Made by a program: the position numbers and the translations under genes. Below the pieces are notes generated by a model. It had not been told where the DNA came from, searched no databases, and saw only the letters and a list, made by a program, of their open reading frames with translations. Source: Scyliorhinus canicula (Eukaryota). From it: a stretch of 64,000 nucleotides of DNA. The stretch is from the NCBI RefSeq assembly GCF_902713615.1, contig NC_052168.1, positions 5,952,001-6,016,000 on the forward strand. The letters run 5' to 3'. This document shows, piece after piece, positions 18,270 to 31,100 of the stretch. The first letter of the stretch is position 1, and each line of letters starts with the position of its first letter.

Positions 18270-18720
18270 TCATAGATCATGCCCTTTGGCCCTTGATGTC
18301 TGAAACCAAGGTCAAGCTCTCCCACTCCCTGTCATTCTGGTGTGCTCCATGTGCCTATCCAATAACTGCTTGAAAGTCCCTAAAGTGTCTGACTCCACTA
18401 TCACAGCAGGCAGTCCATTCCACACCCTAACCATTGAGTAAAGAACCTACCTTGGATATCCCTCCTATATCTCCCACCCTGAATCTTATAGTTATGCCCC
18501 CTTGTAACAGCTTCATCCACCTGGGGAAATAGTCTCTGAACACCCACTTAATCTATCCCCCTCATCATCTTTTAAACCTCTAAGTTGCCTCATCCTCCTC
18601 CGCTCCAAAGAGAAAAGCCCTAGCTCCCTCAACCTTTCCTCATCAGACCTATCCTGCAAACCAGGCAGCATCCTGGTAAATCTCCTTTTCCCCCTTTCCG
18701 ATTCTTCCACATCCTCCTTT
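18270..18720 (-). mobile_element. CR1/HER1-type LINE 3' fragment in ferritin copy 4 intron 1
   Basis: RRFTRMLPGL...EERLRELGLFSLERRR (CR1 ORF2 C-terminal motif). Confidence 0.85.
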
Positions 18721-19427
18721 TATAGTGGTCAGAAGACTGCTTAAAAATTGAAATTTGATTGAAACAATTCTTAATTGGGTATCTAATGAGTGAATTGGCT
18801 CTGGTGCTAAATTTGTTCTCCAGGGCCTGAAGTGACCATATTAAACTGAAAAGGTTTTGCTTTTATCCCACTTCTGATTCTAGACATCACAAAGGGAAGT
18901 TGAGTTGCCAATTTCCTTTCTATTTTCTACTGATAAAACCTCCTCCCTTGGGACTTCTAATCAGAAAAGATAAGGAAGCAGGTGGAATTGCAGCAAAGAC
19001 GCCTTGTAATCTTTCAATGATGGGGTCATTAGCGAATCCAAACATTTTGGTCATAATGAGACGTGGGTCTATTCTGACTCCTTTTCCATTCAGTCCTCCT
19101 ACTTTGACCGGGATGATGTTGCCCTGCGTCACTTTGCTGAGTTCTTCAAGGAGCAGTCACATGAGGAACGGGAACATGCTGAGAAACTGATGGAATTCCA
19201 GAATAAACGTGGAGGCCGCATCATCCTGGAGGATGTCAAGGTTAGATTTTAATGGACAAATTGGTGACTTTTGTTTTTTGGTGTCATGGAAGCTAGGAGG
19301 ATTAATATTTTGTGTACGTGGTTTTAATTGCCACTGGTTAGGTGAGCATTTATATTGCCCTTTAAAGGTGGTGGATGAGTTGCTACTTTAAACCCATGCC
19401 TATGTGGTGAATCCACAGTGCTGTTTA

Positions 19428-20115
19428 CATAGAACTTGCAGTGCAGAAGGAGGCCATTCAGCCCATCGAGTCTACACCGCCCCTTGGAAAGAGCACCCCA
19501 TTTAAGCCCCCACCCAACCTTTTTGACACTAGGGCAATTTATCATAACCAATCCACCTAACCTGCACATCTTTGGACTGTGGGAGGAAACCCATGCACGC
19601 ACACACGGAGAATGTGCAGACAGTGACCCAAGCCGGGAATCGAACCTGGGACCCTGGAGCTCTTGGAGGGATTTCCAGAATTTTGACCCAGTTATCTGTA
19701 CTTTGGGAAGCGTGCCTCTTTGCAACCCTCATCCTGACGGGTGAATGTGATACCACCCGGGCTGGATCTCAAACCGAGTTCAGAACATGGGTAATGTGAC
19801 TTGGATGGCTACAGTCTCAAATCACGTCAGGCCCATGTGGGTTTTTCCATGGGTGGCACTGTTGCTTCACAGCACCAGGGTCCCAGGTTGGGTCACTGTC
19901 TGTGCAGAGTTGGCACATTCTCCCCGTGTCTGTGTAGGTTTCCTCCGGGTGCTCCGGTTTCCTCCCACAAGTGCTGTTGGGTAATTTGGACATTCTGAAT
20001 TCTCCCTCTTGTGTATCCGAACAGGTGCCGGAGTGTGGGGACTAGGGGATTTTCACAGTAACTTCATTCATTGCAGTGTAAATGTAAGCCTACTTGTGAC
20101 AATAAATATTATTAT
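19428..20115. mobile_element. Two V-SINE fragments (19428-19660 -, 19850-20115 +) in ferritin copy 4 intron 2
   Basis: Family signatures. Confidence 0.75.
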
Positions 20116-20925
20116 TAAATTTGAGCTTCCTGCTCCTGGAGCAAATGGCCACATCCTCCGTGGCTCATGGGGATTGTTCAGACTTTCCTCTTAAGATTGA
20201 AACTGGAATCTCACCAGAAGTTGGTTAAACCTCCTGCAGGAAATGTGCATCAGGTGAGGCTGTTCCACATATGGCAGAGTGCTTCAGTTATTGGCTAATG
20301 ATGCACTTGAGGAGTGGGTTCTCCCTCTGGACATTGTGCTAGCTCAGGAAGTAAGTCTGTTCTCCAGTCCCAGATATCTCTTGCCCTGGAGGTGGAAGTA
20401 GATATCTAACGGGGTTGTTGTGGTGGTTTCTGAACCAGATGGAGTAGTGGTGGTGTGAATTGTTGGCTGTGCTGTTCCAAGTGGTACCTACCAGTCTGAA
20501 ATTCACTACTTTGTGACCTTGACTCCGCAGGTTTGCCAATAGGCCTGTCATCGTAGGGGCAGACATGTTTAACTTTAAATTGCCAGAACTCAGAATATTG
20601 AAAAACCTGAAGAAACTATGTAATTTTAATGAAAATAACTGCCCTGAGTGAGAACCATTTCCTCATCTGGTGGATGATCTGTATCCTCTGCAGTTGTAAT
20701 GGACCATTTTTAATTTTAAAATCCATCCACTTTTTAGATTTATTGTTTTCCTCCCTCCCTTTCCAGAAACCAGAGCAGGTCTGGAGGCAATGCAGAGAGC
20801 TCTGCAGATGGAGAAGAATGTGAACCAGAGTCTGCTGGATCTGCACAAACTCTCCTCTGGGAACACTGACCCTCATGTAAGTTCTTTATTTCTGGGGGTA
20901 TATTGGAGGTTCTCCAATTCTAATG

Positions 20926-21197
20926 TGTGGTGGTATGAATGGGAGCACTGACATTGGTGCAGAGCATTGGTTTCCCATTTTGCTCTGGCTGGTCATGTGC
21001 CTCATCTGATTGGCTGGGACTAGTCATGTGACTGCTCACCAATTGGTTTAGAGGCAAGTAGACCCCGCCTCTGAGGCGGGGTAAGTACAGAGTTCCTGGC
21101 GGTCGGCCTTTCTCTGTAGTCGACCACCTGGCTCAAAACTAGCTGATTAAAGCCTTTGGACCTTCATCGTGCCTCGCATCCAATTGATGGTACATCA
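20926..21197 (+). mobile_element. Solo LTR (Gypsy-type) in ferritin copy 4 intron 3
   Basis: TGTGG...CATCA ends, perfect 5-bp TSD TAATG (20921-20925 / 21198-21202), CCAAT boxes, ATTAAA. Confidence 0.8.
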
Positions 21198-21283
21198 TAA
21201 TGGCTTTGCTTTTGCTGGTGGGAGGAGTTGGGTGAAATGGGTCTTGCCCCAATTTTCTGGGATGTAATAACATTAATGTCTAA

Positions 21284-21508
<225 letters not shown>

Positions 21509-21725
21509 TGACTGAAGTTAATCCAGGACAATTCTGTAATCTTGGTGATCTGTACCTTGGCTTTATGTCCTAATCTGAACTGTACAAAATAAAGTCTGTT
21601 CATTACAGCTCTCGTGTCAAACATTCCTAACTACACACTTAACCAGCAAAGCTGAGTTTTCCGGAATGAAAAAGGCTGCTTTATACATCGGGGCTTAACA
21701 GGATGGCTTGAAGCCCAGAACTTCT

Positions 21726-22036
21726 GGTAGCATTGTGGATAGCACAATTGCTTCACAGCTCCAGGGTCCCAGGTTCGATTCCGGCTTGGGTCACTGTCTG
21801 TGCGGAGTCTGCACGTTCTCCCTGTGTCTGCGTGGGTTTCCTCCGGGTGCTCCAGTTTCCTCCCACAGCCCAAAGATGTGCAGGTTAGGTGGATTGGCCA
21901 TGATAAATTGTCCTTAGTGTTGGGTGGGGTTATGGGGATAGGGTGGAGGTGTTGACCTTGGGTAGGGTGCTCTTTCCAGGAGCTGGTGCAGACTCAATGG
22001 GCCGAATGGCCTCCTTCTGCACTGTAAATGCTATGA
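21726..22036 (+). mobile_element. HE1-like V-SINE
   Basis: Family signature. Confidence 0.85.
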
Positions 22037-23870
22037 AACTAGGGAACATGGTTCAAACAATGAAGTCTTCTGTAGGATACTCGAGTCTACTGCCATTCAA
22101 CTAGGTACTACCTTTCCCAAGCTATACTGAGCCATTAGTACCTGGAACATGTATGTGGGAAGTAAACAGGTTTATGATTTAGTGAGGATTATGGGAGCTG
22201 AGTTAGGTGAGGTGATGGCAGAGCAAGAATTTGGTTATTCTGACCCCAATTCTCTGGTGTCTGTGATTTAGATGATGAAACTTGCAGATCGTAGCACCAA
22301 CCAGCAGAAACTTGAGTGTTTCTGAGAATGGTTTAGGTACCATTGTTTAAGGCGCAGACTAAGTGGCTATCATGCCGCTAGACTTTAATTATATTGTTAG
22401 GATTCACCGGTGAAGATGATTTGTGTCACAATGGGAAATTGTGATTCAGTGCGATCTACCCATAACTTCAACAAACCTATTGAACTAAGAGAACCTGGTT
22501 TATTTATTCCTTTTAAAAAGCAGCAGTGGCCAAAGATGGCTGCCACTAGTCACCTGCTGTCTGATTATTTTTTTAAGTTGATTACTTTCTGGGACGTTTC
22601 TATAGGGGTTGCACTGCAGACCTGCCTTGACATGTTGCGTGGAGTTTCACATCTTCGGGGGTATCAAGGTCCACTTCAATAAAGGGGTTCTTGAAATGTA
22701 AGACGTTAAAAATGCAAAAGTGCTGAATTTTAATAAATAGTGGAGGCAATGGGAGCTGCTAAGCAGACAGGGTCCACGCAAAGTACAAAGTGTGGCAGGG
22801 GGGAAGTGGGTGCCAGCAGACTAGGCTAGTGGTTGTGAAAATAATGGAAGGGCAGAATTTAAGGCAATCTAGCTGAATGCACACTTTGGGTAGCTGAATA
22901 GGAAGGGAGGTGGGGTAGCACTGTTTAAAGTGAGATTTATACATTCGTGAGAAAGGACTGCCGATAACGATGTAGAAATAGTTTGGGTGGGGCTAAGAAA
23001 CAGAAAGCATTGGTTGGAGTTTATAGGTCACCAAGCAGTAATGATGTGGGTCACAGTATAATTCGAGGTGCATGTAACAAGCATAATCATGGGGGACTTG
23101 GAATGGGTAAACCTAATTAGTCCTGATGCTGTGGAGGGTGAATTCCTGGAATGTATACAAGATGGTTTTCTAGTACAGTATGTTGAGGAACTTCATTGCA
23201 GTGTTAATGTAAGCCTACTTGTGACACTAATTGCATGCACCATTCTAAATCGGATGGATTCCGAAACGTATGGGACCAATATCTCAAATTTATAGGCTGT
23301 GATGTTTGACTTGCTCCTACAAGGTTTTACATTAGTTATGTAGCACTGTCTTGAACTTGCTATACATGAAGGTGTGCATCATATTACTATGTCCACATGG
23401 CCTTATGCTGTTCTCAAGCTTATGTTTTTTTTTCTCTATTGTGTGGTTGGCAGCACTAAGTTTAAGAATCAGTTGTATTGCTGTTCTCCTGTCTTTTTCT
23501 CTGCTCGTGTAGTCAGAAGCATTTATGTTGTACTGTACCCGTGTTGCATTACTTGTAAAAAGAAACTAAAAAAACATGTTTTGTTAAAATGACTGACTAT
23601 GAGTGGAACGACTAGCATTTATATTGCAAAGTTCTCCACAAGCCAGTTTTAGTCATAGCTGCATTGTAGAAAATGCAGCAACCTCTTGATTGAGGGATAA
23701 ATAATAATAATATAATAATCTTTATTAGTATCTGAAGTTACTGTGGAAATCCCCTCGTTGCCTGTTCGGGTACACAGAGGGAGAATTCAGAATATCCAAT
23801 TCACCTAACAAGCACGTCTTCCGGGACTTGTGGGAGGTAACCGGAGCGCCCGGAAGAAACACACGGAGAC

Positions 23871-24560
23871 CTTGGTGTCCATGTACATAGATCCCTGAAA
23901 GTTGCCACCCAGGTTGATAGGGTTGTGAAGAAGGCCTATGGTGTGTTGGCCTTTATTGGTAGAGGGATTGAGTTCCGGAGCCATGAGGTCATGTTGCAGC
24001 TGTACAAAACTCTAGTACGGCCGCATTTGGAGTATTGCGTACAGTTCTGGTCGCCTCATTATCGGAAGGACGTGGAAGCTTTGGAACGGGTGCAGAGGAG
24101 ATTTACCAGGATGTTGCCTGGTATGGAGGGAAAATCTTATGAGGAAAGGCTGATGGACTTGAGGTTGTTTTCGTTAGAGAGAAGAGGTTAAGAGGTGACT
24201 TAATAGAGGCATACAAAATGATCAGAGGGTTAGATAGGGTGGACAGTGAGAGCCTTCTCCCGCGGATGGAGGTGGCTAGCACGAGGGGACATAGCCTTAA
24301 ATTGAGGGGTAATAGATATAGGACAGACGTCAGAAGTAGGTTTTTTACGCAAAGAGTGGTGAGGCCGTGGAATGCCCTACCTGCAACAGTAGTGAACTCG
24401 CCAACATTGAGGGCATTTAAAAGTTTATTGGATAAGCATATGGATGATAATGGCATAGTGTAGGTTAGATGGCCTTTAGTTTTTGACTTCCCATGTCGGT
24501 GCAACATCGTGGGCCGAAGGGCCTGTACTGCGCTGTATCGTTCTATGTTCTATGTTCTAT
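23871..24560 (+). mobile_element. CR1/HER1-type LINE 3' fragment nested inside a V-SINE (SINE halves 23700-23870 and 24561-24642, - strand)
   Basis: [41 protein letters not shown]...; (TTCTATG)n tail; flanked by the two halves of one SINE. Confidence 0.88.
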
Positions 24561-25119
24561 GACTCCGCACAGACAGTGATCCAAGCCGGGTCCCTGGCGC
24601 TGTGAAGCGACAGTGCTAACCACTGTGCCGCCATGCTGCCCTGCTTTTTATTCAGTCTGAGAGAGCAGATGAGACCTCAGTTTAACACCTCCTTTGAAAG
24701 AGTGCTCCACTGACAGCGCAGGACTCTCAGTACCGCACGGGGAGTATCGGCCTGAACATTTGTGGAGCCTCCGGAGGAGGGCTTGAACCCACGACACACT
24801 GACACTGAAGGAAAAGCTCCAGGTTAGCTGTAACTCGCAAACTAATAACTTATTTGCCTTTTAGCCTGGCCCTGAGATGGTTAAATAGGGACGCATGCCT
24901 AAACCAGTCCCATTGGACAAACCTGCCCCAAGTTAAAGCCTGTCGCGTTATCTCTCCTGCCCCACGGGTGACCTCCGCCCTTGCTGCCGTCATTTGACAA
25001 ACAAATTATCTTCCACCCTTCAACTTCAGGGGAGGAGGGGGGGTGGGGGAGTGAGAGAGCGAGAGAGAGAGAGAAACGCAGAGAGAGTGAGGGAGCCAGC
25101 TATTCGGAGGATCCTCACC

Positions 25120-28100
25120 ATGTCAGCTAATAAAGATCAGGAGAGCGTCCACGCAGCCGAGATGGACAAGGCCCCAGCTGCACCCTCCGAGGCTCCCTGC
25201 GCGGAACTCAAAACGGCCATGGAGAAATGGTGAGCTCATCAAGGGGCTTTAAGAAACATTCCTGTCCAATTGCAATTTTACGGGAGGCTTGCGAAGCGTC
25301 ATGGTAAAACGTATGGTTTTTCTTTACATAACTGAGTGCGGGGTTAAATGACAGAATCGCTTTGCAGTTAACGCGTCTGCCCAGTTCCAGCCGTGCAAAT
25401 GGCTTTGCCTGATTGACCTGACACCTCGCATAGCATCAACTCCAAATTAACCATTTCCGGGAGTCGGTGTGGAATTCCGATCAGGGTTATTGAGCCGTTA
25501 TTGTCCTTTCATTCACGCCACCTTACGCAAGAGGAGGGAGTCTCTTCAGCAAACTGGTAAATACCCATAACCTAGCACATTTGTAGCAACATAGGAAGCA
25601 CCCAGCGTTGGCAGTGAAACATCGCCACCCTCTCAAGTTTCTCCCGGATTCTAGGTTTTCTGCTGTCTTGAGCACCCCCTCCCCCCCAATTTTAAACGCC
25701 CCACCATTTGGCAGCCATGTTTTCAGTTGCCTGGGCCCCAACCTCCCTAATCCTCAACGCCTCTCCCTTCTCCTTTAAGATGCTACTTCGAGACACCCCC
25801 CCCCCCAACACCTCCTTATGTGGCCTGTCAAATTTCATTTGATAATGCTCCAATGAACCACGTTTTACTATGTCGGAGGTGCTATTTAAATGCAAGTTAC
25901 TGTTGTTGTGTTGGATGAGGAACTGAGAAAGTCCTCAATGCAGAATGGTTTGTCTCGGTTCAGCTCGACCCACATTTTTTACTTTGATAAATTTATTCGA
26001 TTGAAGGTTGAAGTCGAATTTGCTGAAGTAAGTTATCTTTTTAGATTCAACTACAAGCCGTTTGAACAGGCCCCGATGCAGAAGGGCATCCATTTTAGGT
26101 TAATGCAGAATCACGAGACCTAGCATTGAACTAGGAGGGGAGAAAAATCAGAAATGAATGATTCTGGTTTGGAAGGGTGGCACTACTGCCTCACAACCCC
26201 AGGGACCCTGTTTCAATTCCGGCCTCGGTTGACTGTGTGGAGTTTGCACTTTCTCCCCATGTGTGTGTGTGGGTTTCCTCCGGGTGCTCCGGTTTCCTCC
26301 CACAGTCCAAAGATGTGCAGTTTAGCTGGATTGGCCATGTTATATTGCCCCTTTGGTGTCCAAAAGGTTAGGTAGGGTTAGGGGGATAGGGTGGAGGAGT
26401 GGGCTTAAGTAGGGTGCTCTTTCCAAGGACCGGTGCCTACTCGATGGGCTGAATGGCCTCCTTCTGCACTGTAGGGATTCTGTGATTCTACGATGAAAGA
26501 GGGATGAACAAAATGATCCTGTAGAGAGGCACTGATGATATTTAAGTGAATTGAAGAAGTCAAACCCTGTTACAATGGGCAGGAGGAGGGTATATGTTAG
26601 TAACCAGCGAAATATAGGACTGGTTATGGAGGCATCAACTTGGTTAAACTTGAGGGCAGCACGGTGGCACAGTGGTTAGCATTGCAGCCTACGGCACCGA
26701 GGTCCCAGGTTCGAATCCCGGCCCTGGGTCACTGTCCGTGTGGAGTTTGCACATTCTCCCCGTGTCTGCGTGGGTTTCACCCCCACAACCCAAAGGATAT
26801 GCAGGGTAGGTGAATTGGCGACGCTAAATTGCCCCTTAATTGGAAAAAAAATAATTGGGTACTCTAAATTGAAAAAAAACTTGGTTAAACTTTTGAGCGA
26901 TATTCCAATGGTTAAGATAGAACATTAGCCACTGATTTAAACGGGGAGTGGGATGCGGCAGGATTGAGGTGCGCCTGTGTTTCTATGGAAGTACCAGTGA
27001 GATGGAACGAATTGACTCCTTGTCTAGACATACCTCGGGTGGTAAAGAACCAGTTTCCTTTGACATATTTCTATGTATCCTTTAATGTGTCCATAGGTTA
27101 TATGGCCTCTGGGAAGGGTAGGCCATGAGATACCTGCTTTGTCAGCAAACCCCCTCATGAATCCCTTTGATGGAGATAGGAAAGCACTTGGTGGTGGAAA
27201 TGTTCTTTAACGGGCATTTAATTGTTTCCATTAAGTTAGGACGTGGAGCGTTTGGTCAATAGCAGATAGGTGTCTCGAGGGGGACTGGCGTTTATATATC
27301 CCCTTTCACATCCTCAGAATGTTCCAACATGCTCAATAGCCAATTACCTCTGAAGTCCAGCCCCTAATGTTCTGTACAGGAATGTGGCAGCCAAAGTGCA
27401 CACAGCAAGATCCCGCACACAGCAAAACCTGTTAAATATGTCTTTGATGGCGTTGGTTGAGGAAGGAATGTTGATCTGGGCACCTCACCTGTTCTGCAGA
27501 TCGCTCAACGTCATCTTTTTCATACAGAGGACAGACAGGAATGTCAGTTTAATATTTCACCTGGAAGGCAATATCTCCCTCAATGCCATGTTCTCTCATT
27601 TAAAAAAAAATATTTGTTCACAGGATGTGGGCGTCTCTGGTTAGGTCAGCATTTATTGCCCATCCCAATTGCCCTCGAAGGCAGTGGTAATGAGCCGCCT
27701 TCTTAAACTGCTGCAATCCATGTGGTGTAGGTACACCCACAGTGCTGTTAGGGAGGGAGTTCCAGGATTTTGACCCAGCGACAGTGAATGAACGGCCGAT
27801 ATATTTCCAAGTCAGGATGGTGAGCGACTTGCAAGTGATGGGGTTCCCAGGTATCTGCTGTTCTTTTCCATCTAGATGGTAGAGGTCGTGGGTTTGGAAG
27901 GTGCTGTCGAAGGAGCCTTGGCGAGTTCCTGCAATGCATCTTGTAAATGGTACACACGGCTGCCACTGTTCGTCGGTGGTGGATGGAATTAATGTTTAAG
28001 GTGGTGGATGGGGTACCAATCAAGCGGGGCTATTTTGTCCTGGATGGTGTTGAGCTTCTTGAGTGTTGTTGGAGCTGCACTCATCCAGGCAAGTGGAGAG

Positions 28101-31100
28101 TATTCCATCACACTCCTGACTTGTGCCTTGTAGATGGTGGACAGGATTCGGAAAGCCAGGAGGCGAGTTAATCGCTCCTCTTGGTAATGTAATCCCAACT
28201 CTCAAATGAGTTCAATTTATTTTAATGGCCTTCCTGGCGAGTGGAGCCTCCCACAGTTGAATAGTCTAGGGACACTGGGCATTGTGAAGTAGTTGATATT
28301 TTATCATAGATATTTATCATAGTATTTAAAGTGCCGAAGGAGGCCACTCGGCCCATCAAGTCTGCACTGGCTCTTGGAAAGAGCACCCTACCCAAGCCCA
28401 CACCTCCACCCTATCCCCATAACCCAGTAACCCCACCCAACACTGAGGGCAATTTTGGACACTAAGGGCAATTTATCATGGTCAATCCACCTAACCCGCA
28501 CATCTTTGGACTGTGGGAGGAAACCGGAGCTCCCGGAGGAAACCCACGCACACACGGGGAGGATGTGCAGACTCCACACAGACAGTGACCCAAGCCGGGA
28601 ATCGAACCTGGGACCCTGGAGCTGTGAAGCAATTGTGCTATCCACAATGCTACCGTGCTGCCCTGGAAAGCGTGAATATCCTGTTTCTCCAACACAAAAT
28701 GAGTGTTTGTACCTTTTGACCTTGTATATATATATTTTTAAAAAAAATAAATTTAGAGTACCCAATTATTTTTTCTAATTAAGGGGCAATTTAGCATGGC
28801 CAATCCACCTACTCTGCACATTTTTGAGTTGTGGGGGCGAAACCCACGCAGACACGGGGAGAATGTGCAAACTCCACACGGACAGTGACCCAGAGCCGGG
28901 ATCGAACCTGGGACCTCAGCGCCGTGACGCAGCTGTGCTAACCGCTAGGCCACCGTGCTGCCCTTGTATATATTTTTTTATTACTGTTTTAATAAAAAGA
29001 TATGGCCAATCCAAAAAAAAAAATGCTCCATTCGGTAGTAACACCCTCAGACAAAACAATCGTCCCTCCGCCGGTTTTGTTGCGTGCTCGGCCTCTCTCT
29101 GCCCCGTGTTATTTTAACCTCAAGCTCTGCTCCCTAATTTGAGCTGACGGTGACTTTGCCTGCTTATCTGGCGTGGCCACACTCAGGGCAGGGATTGAGG
29201 GCTGTGCCACGGTGATGGGTAATTTGAACTGTCGAGCTGCGAGCTGACTCAGCTCCTGTCAACTGATGAGACCAGGGGAAGTATTTCTGGCTGGCTGCTG
29301 CCGTCTCTGCCTTGTATTTGTCTAATGAAGTCTGACTGATCATTAGTGCTGGGTTCCTGGTCACCCTGATCAATGTATGGAACATTTTTGTACAAATTCT
29401 CTGTGAGTATGCAATCGGAAAATGCTGCTTCCCCCTCGCACGCCAGTGTTTAACAGGCTTAGAACAAGCCTGACCTTGAATTTTAGTATGAATGTTGTGG
29501 TTAGCAAGTTAAGGAACATGAACGCTGGGGAATCGTATGCTCTCTGTTGGGGCTGCCCAGTTCAACACGGTTTATGCGAGGTGCTCCTTCCCACTGCTGA
29601 CCAGCCAAAGATGTCACATGTTTTAGCCGTGCACACTAATTTTAGGAGAAAATGCCTCACATGCATTCGCACAATGTGGGGGGCATGTACTGCATATGTA
29701 CATATCCACTTAAACATCTGTCACATTCAAACAAGGCAGTAAAACACTCGCCACCATCAAAAAAACAATCACAGGCACACTCTGTTTTTGTCTTATCACC
29801 ATCAAATAACAAATAACTGGACAACGTAGAAACGGTTGGAGGCCATTCAGCCCCTTACTTCAGTGCTTCAAATCCATTACTCCCACACTCGGCAGATAGC
29901 CCTTTCATACCCTTAGTAAAAAAAATCTCTTTTTAACATTTCAGACAAAGAAGATGGAAGCAGGTGGAGGCCATTCGGCCCTTCGAGTCTGCTCCACCAT
30001 TCGTGGCTGATCATCAAATTCAATACCCTGATCCCGCCTCGCCCCCACCAGCCCCTGATCCCTTTAGCCCCGAGAGCTAATCCCATCGGGAAATCACTCA
30101 ACGCTTTGGCCTCGACTACTTCCTATTGTGGCGCAGTGGTTAGCACTGGGACTGCGGCGCCGAGGTCCCAGGTTCGATCCCGGCTCTGGCTCACTGTCCG
30201 TGTGGAGTTTGCACATTCTGCCCGTGTTTGCGTGGGTTTCGCCCTCACAACCCAAAAGATTTGCAGAGTGGGTGGATTGGCCAGGCTAAATTGCCCCTTA
30301 ATTCGAAAAAAAAAAATTGGGTACTCTAAATATATTTTTTTTAAATGACTTCTTATTGACACCCACACTTCTGGTGACAGGGATGTGCTGAGCATTTGCA
30401 CATCAGGTGGCTCTCCTCCATAATACAGTAGAATAGGCACTTTTGGATGAATTTAGCCTGAAAATCCGGACTTATTGTACCCTTAAAGAGAAAAGGAAGA
30501 GAAAAAGAGCAATATGCCAACTAGTGGTGGCTCAGGAGGCCACAGCGAAGCCAGAAGCGATGGACAAGAGGGCAGGAGCAGCGAGCGAGCGAGTCGGCAG
30601 GCCCACGAGCTAAGGGGTCCCCGGCCACCCCCGAGAGAGGGAGACCGACGGCCCGGACAACGGGCCCCCCACCCCCCCCCCCCACCCCTTCAGACCCGGA
30701 GAGGGGTGGAAGACACAACAGCCCCAGAATCCACTCCTTTTTTCTGGAGGGGGAAAGAGTTCCAGATTTCTATGACCGTGTTTTATGAAAAGGATGCTGC
30801 CAGGTATCGCTCCTGAATGGCCTGGATATCACTTTCAGGTATTGTACCTGGATGCCCTCCTTGAGCAGATCTCAACCACATCTGGATTCCCCAAACCGCC
30901 CATATGCTGCTTGCGGTTATTGCTTGGGACGAGCGAACCATCCCCCCAACAGTTGTGCTTCAGCTCTGACCCTCGGGGCCTGCTACAGGACTCCGAATTT
31001 AGCTTTTAACAATCGTCCTGATTGCAAATGCCACTTTGGGTCATTTGTAGGCCTTCATGTCCAGAACCAGAAAGTTTCAGCAGGGCACCATCACCGCTGA

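Noticed and set aside
24994-25233. 79-aa single-exon ORF ending ...AMEKW*
   Set aside because: Unspliced reading of COX17-like exon 1; the Kozak ATG at 25120 and GTGAGC donor at 25230 give the spliced CX9C protein instead
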